A stretch of DNA of 44,150 nucleotides, taken from Octopus bimaculoides (taxonomy: Eukaryota). The notes beneath the pieces were generated by a model. The model saw nothing but the letters and a program-made list of their open reading frames with translations, was not told the origin of the DNA and ran no database searches. Positions 38,300 through 44,150 of the stretch are shown here, piece after piece. How positions within the stretch are numbered: position 1 is the stretch's first letter; each line of letters begins with the position of its first letter. A program made the translations under genes and the position numbers. Location of the stretch: positions 110,839,412-110,883,561 of the forward strand of contig NC_068983.1 of assembly GCF_001194135.2 (NCBI RefSeq), read 5' to 3'.

Positions 38300-39180
38300 T
38301 TTTCTATATGAAGATCTCCTGTCGCCTTCTATTAATGAGGAAGAGTAGGCAATTTTTATACATCTAGGAAGCACGGATAAAGGGGTGTAGTAGTGGATAA
38401 GGTTGAACGCGCTGAAACCAAACTCGTCTTTGGACAAGGATTACTTGAAAAGGAAAAAGATAGTGGCGAGCGACTTGAATGAAGAGGAATTCCCGGTAGG
38501 CGGCGCGGGTCATCAGCCCGCGTCGATCACATTCCTGCCCTTTGTACACACCACCCGTCGCAACAACGTAAAAGACCAGAAAGCATCATGAAGGTAGCTT
38601 AACAAGGGTGACCTAACAAAGAATGCTGAAAGCATAACCATCGCTGCCCAGGACCAGGTATTGAATACCAACTCAGTGGAAAAGAATGTATACCACTCAG
38701 GTGCAAAAGCCATCTACAGAATGTGTAAGAAGAAGGTCGAAAGCGTACAACACATTGTTAATGCTTGTGAAAGTCTTGCGCAGAAAACAAGCGTAGACAC
38801 GACAAGGTAAATCAAAACTTCCACTAGCTACTATGCCATAAGTATGGATATGATGTTACGGTGCTTGGAAGAAAAGGTAATGGACGAAAAGAGGAAAGTA
38901 AAACTCCTCTGCGACTTTGACTTCGAGACAGACAAGGTATTAGACCACCGAAGGCCGGATATCGTAACCTTTAGAAGGGACAAATAAGAGTGCCTAATAA
39001 TTGAGGTGACAGTGTCAGGGGATCAACATATCATCATTAATGAAAGAGAAATGGGTGATAAATACGGAAACCTGAGAATTGAGGTCGCTAAGATATGGCA
39101 GCTACGAGAGTTAAATTTAAACGCTATCCCTGTTGTCATCGGAACATTAGGTTAAATACCACCCCAACGGAAAAAAACAT
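38300..39180 (+). mobile_element. 5'-truncated R4/Dong element carrying an 18S rRNA insert
   Basis: DYLKR; LNKGDLTKNAESITIAAQDQVLNTN; RMCKKKVESVQHIVNACESLAQK; RHDKV; DFETDKVLDHRRPDIV; LIIEVTVSGD; KYGNL; PVVIGTLG. Confidence 0.85.
38484..38561 (+). rRNA. 18S rRNA fragment (3' major domain end, helix 43 to start of helix 44); a dispersed copy, not an rDNA unit
   Basis: GAGGAATTCCCGGTAGGCGGCGCGGGTCATCAGCCCGCGTCGATCACATTCCTGCCCTTTGTACACACCACCCGTCGC matches the conserved eukaryotic SSU segment GAGGAATTCCC...GTCAT.AGC..GCG..GAT...CCTGCCCTTTGTACACACCGCCCGTCGC. Hairpin CGCGGG/CCCGCG is intact. Confidence 0.9.
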
Positions 39181-39184
39181 CTGA

Positions 39185-43199
<4,015 letters not shown>

Positions 43200-43610
43200 G
43201 TAACTGAATATAATACATGTTACAATAACAGGCGATTCGAGGATGAAATGTAAGGAAACAGAAAAAATGAGAAATACCAGCCACTGTGGGACTAGATAGG
43301 AAAGTTATGGGGCATGAGGAAAGTAATGGTAATTGGAGCATTAGGAGCTGTTTCCAAGGACTTTGAAAAGACATATTAAGAATACTGGAGCTGCTGCTGG
43401 TTCAAAATGATCCAGAAGACAGCATTGTTGGGCCCAGCTCGCATTCTAAAGTAAATATTGTCTCTTTGAGTCACAGCAGAAGGTACTAGAAGAAACATTT
43501 GGCAATTTGTTATTGCCTGCTTTCAAGAAAAGGATAACCGGTAATCAAGAACTTTCCGAGAGTCTTTCAGAATAACAACATCAACAACAACAACAACAGC
43601 AACCATAATG
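43200..43610 (+). mobile_element. R4/Dong 3' end (another subfamily) with (CAA/TAA)n tail
   Basis: Decayed IDVTIPGD..., KLWGMRKVMVIGALGAVSKDFEK, IQKTALLGPARIL. Confidence 0.75.
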
Positions 43611-43619
43611 ATAACAATG

Positions 43620-44041
43620 ATAAAACCAGGCATAGTGTTAATTGAGAAAGAATGGTAACGTTACTGGATCATAGATGTAGCATTCTCAGCTGACAACAAG
43701 GTATGCGATAAGGAAGAAAGAAAAGTCGATAGATATGACTGGTTATCTTGGAAAGTTAAGCAGTTATGGTCGGTGAAAAGAGTGGTAATATTACCAATAA
43801 TTGTTGGAGCCCTGGGAACAGTGAGCAAAAATCTTGAGATGTACATGAAACAAATAAGGGCTACAATAAGGGTAGAGCACTTGCAGAAAACAGCAGTGCT
43901 CAGAACCGGTCGAATACTCCGGATGGTGCTCGAAAAATAAGATGTGTTACTTCAGTTCATTGGTAGGGAACAGCTGGCACCGGAATACATCTCCAGCGTT
44001 AGAAGCTCTGCAAAGAAAATAAATAAATAAATAAATAAATG

Positions 44042-44060
<19 letters not shown>
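43620..44060 (+). mobile_element. R4/Dong 3' end (another subfamily) with (TAAA)/(TAA)n tail
   Basis: KPGIVLIEK...IIDVAFSADNKVCDKEERKVDRY...QLWSVKRVVILPIIVGALGTVSKNL...LQKTAVLRTGRILRMVLEK*. Confidence 0.82.
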
Positions 44061-44109
<49 letters not shown>

Positions 44110-44146
44110 AAGAAGAAGAAGAAGAAGAAGAAGAAGAAGAAGAAAA
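44040..44146. repeat. (AAT)n to (AAG)n compound microsatellite
   Basis: Tandem repeat visible directly. Confidence 0.95.
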
Positions 44147-44150
44147 ACAG

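Noticed and set aside
38484-38561. True rDNA unit or R4 insertion into rDNA
   Set aside because: Only about 80 nt match 18S and both flanks are retrotransposon coding sequence. R4's known target is the large-subunit gene.

Overview
Eukaryotic, AT-rich, repeat-saturated window with no convincing host gene. It is most consistent with an octopus genome; this is inferred from CORE-type tRNA-derived SINEs, very high microsatellite density and N-gaps mostly flanked by (TA)n. Almost every long ORF in the track is a microsatellite or gap artefact, or a retrotransposon relic. Contents: many R4/Dong-clade non-LTR retrotransposon pieces with restriction-enzyme-like (REL) endonucleases, stacked head-to-tail in two oppositely oriented arrays separated by (TAA)n; one Tx1/L1 relic; one HERO-like relic; a maT-like mariner relic; a Tigger-like MITE; and several SINEs. 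The most interesting signals read directly from the sequence are: (1) two minimal type-I hammerhead ribozyme folds, one inside a small element that combines a tRNA-derived Pol III head with inverted Penelope-like arms; (2) a roughly 80-nt sense fragment of 18S rRNA embedded, without breaking the frame, inside a Dong retrotransposon copy; (3) a Tx1 3' end abutting an internal position of a tRNA-SINE, suggesting possible SINE targeting. All family assignments come from motif recognition by eye; no database search was run.
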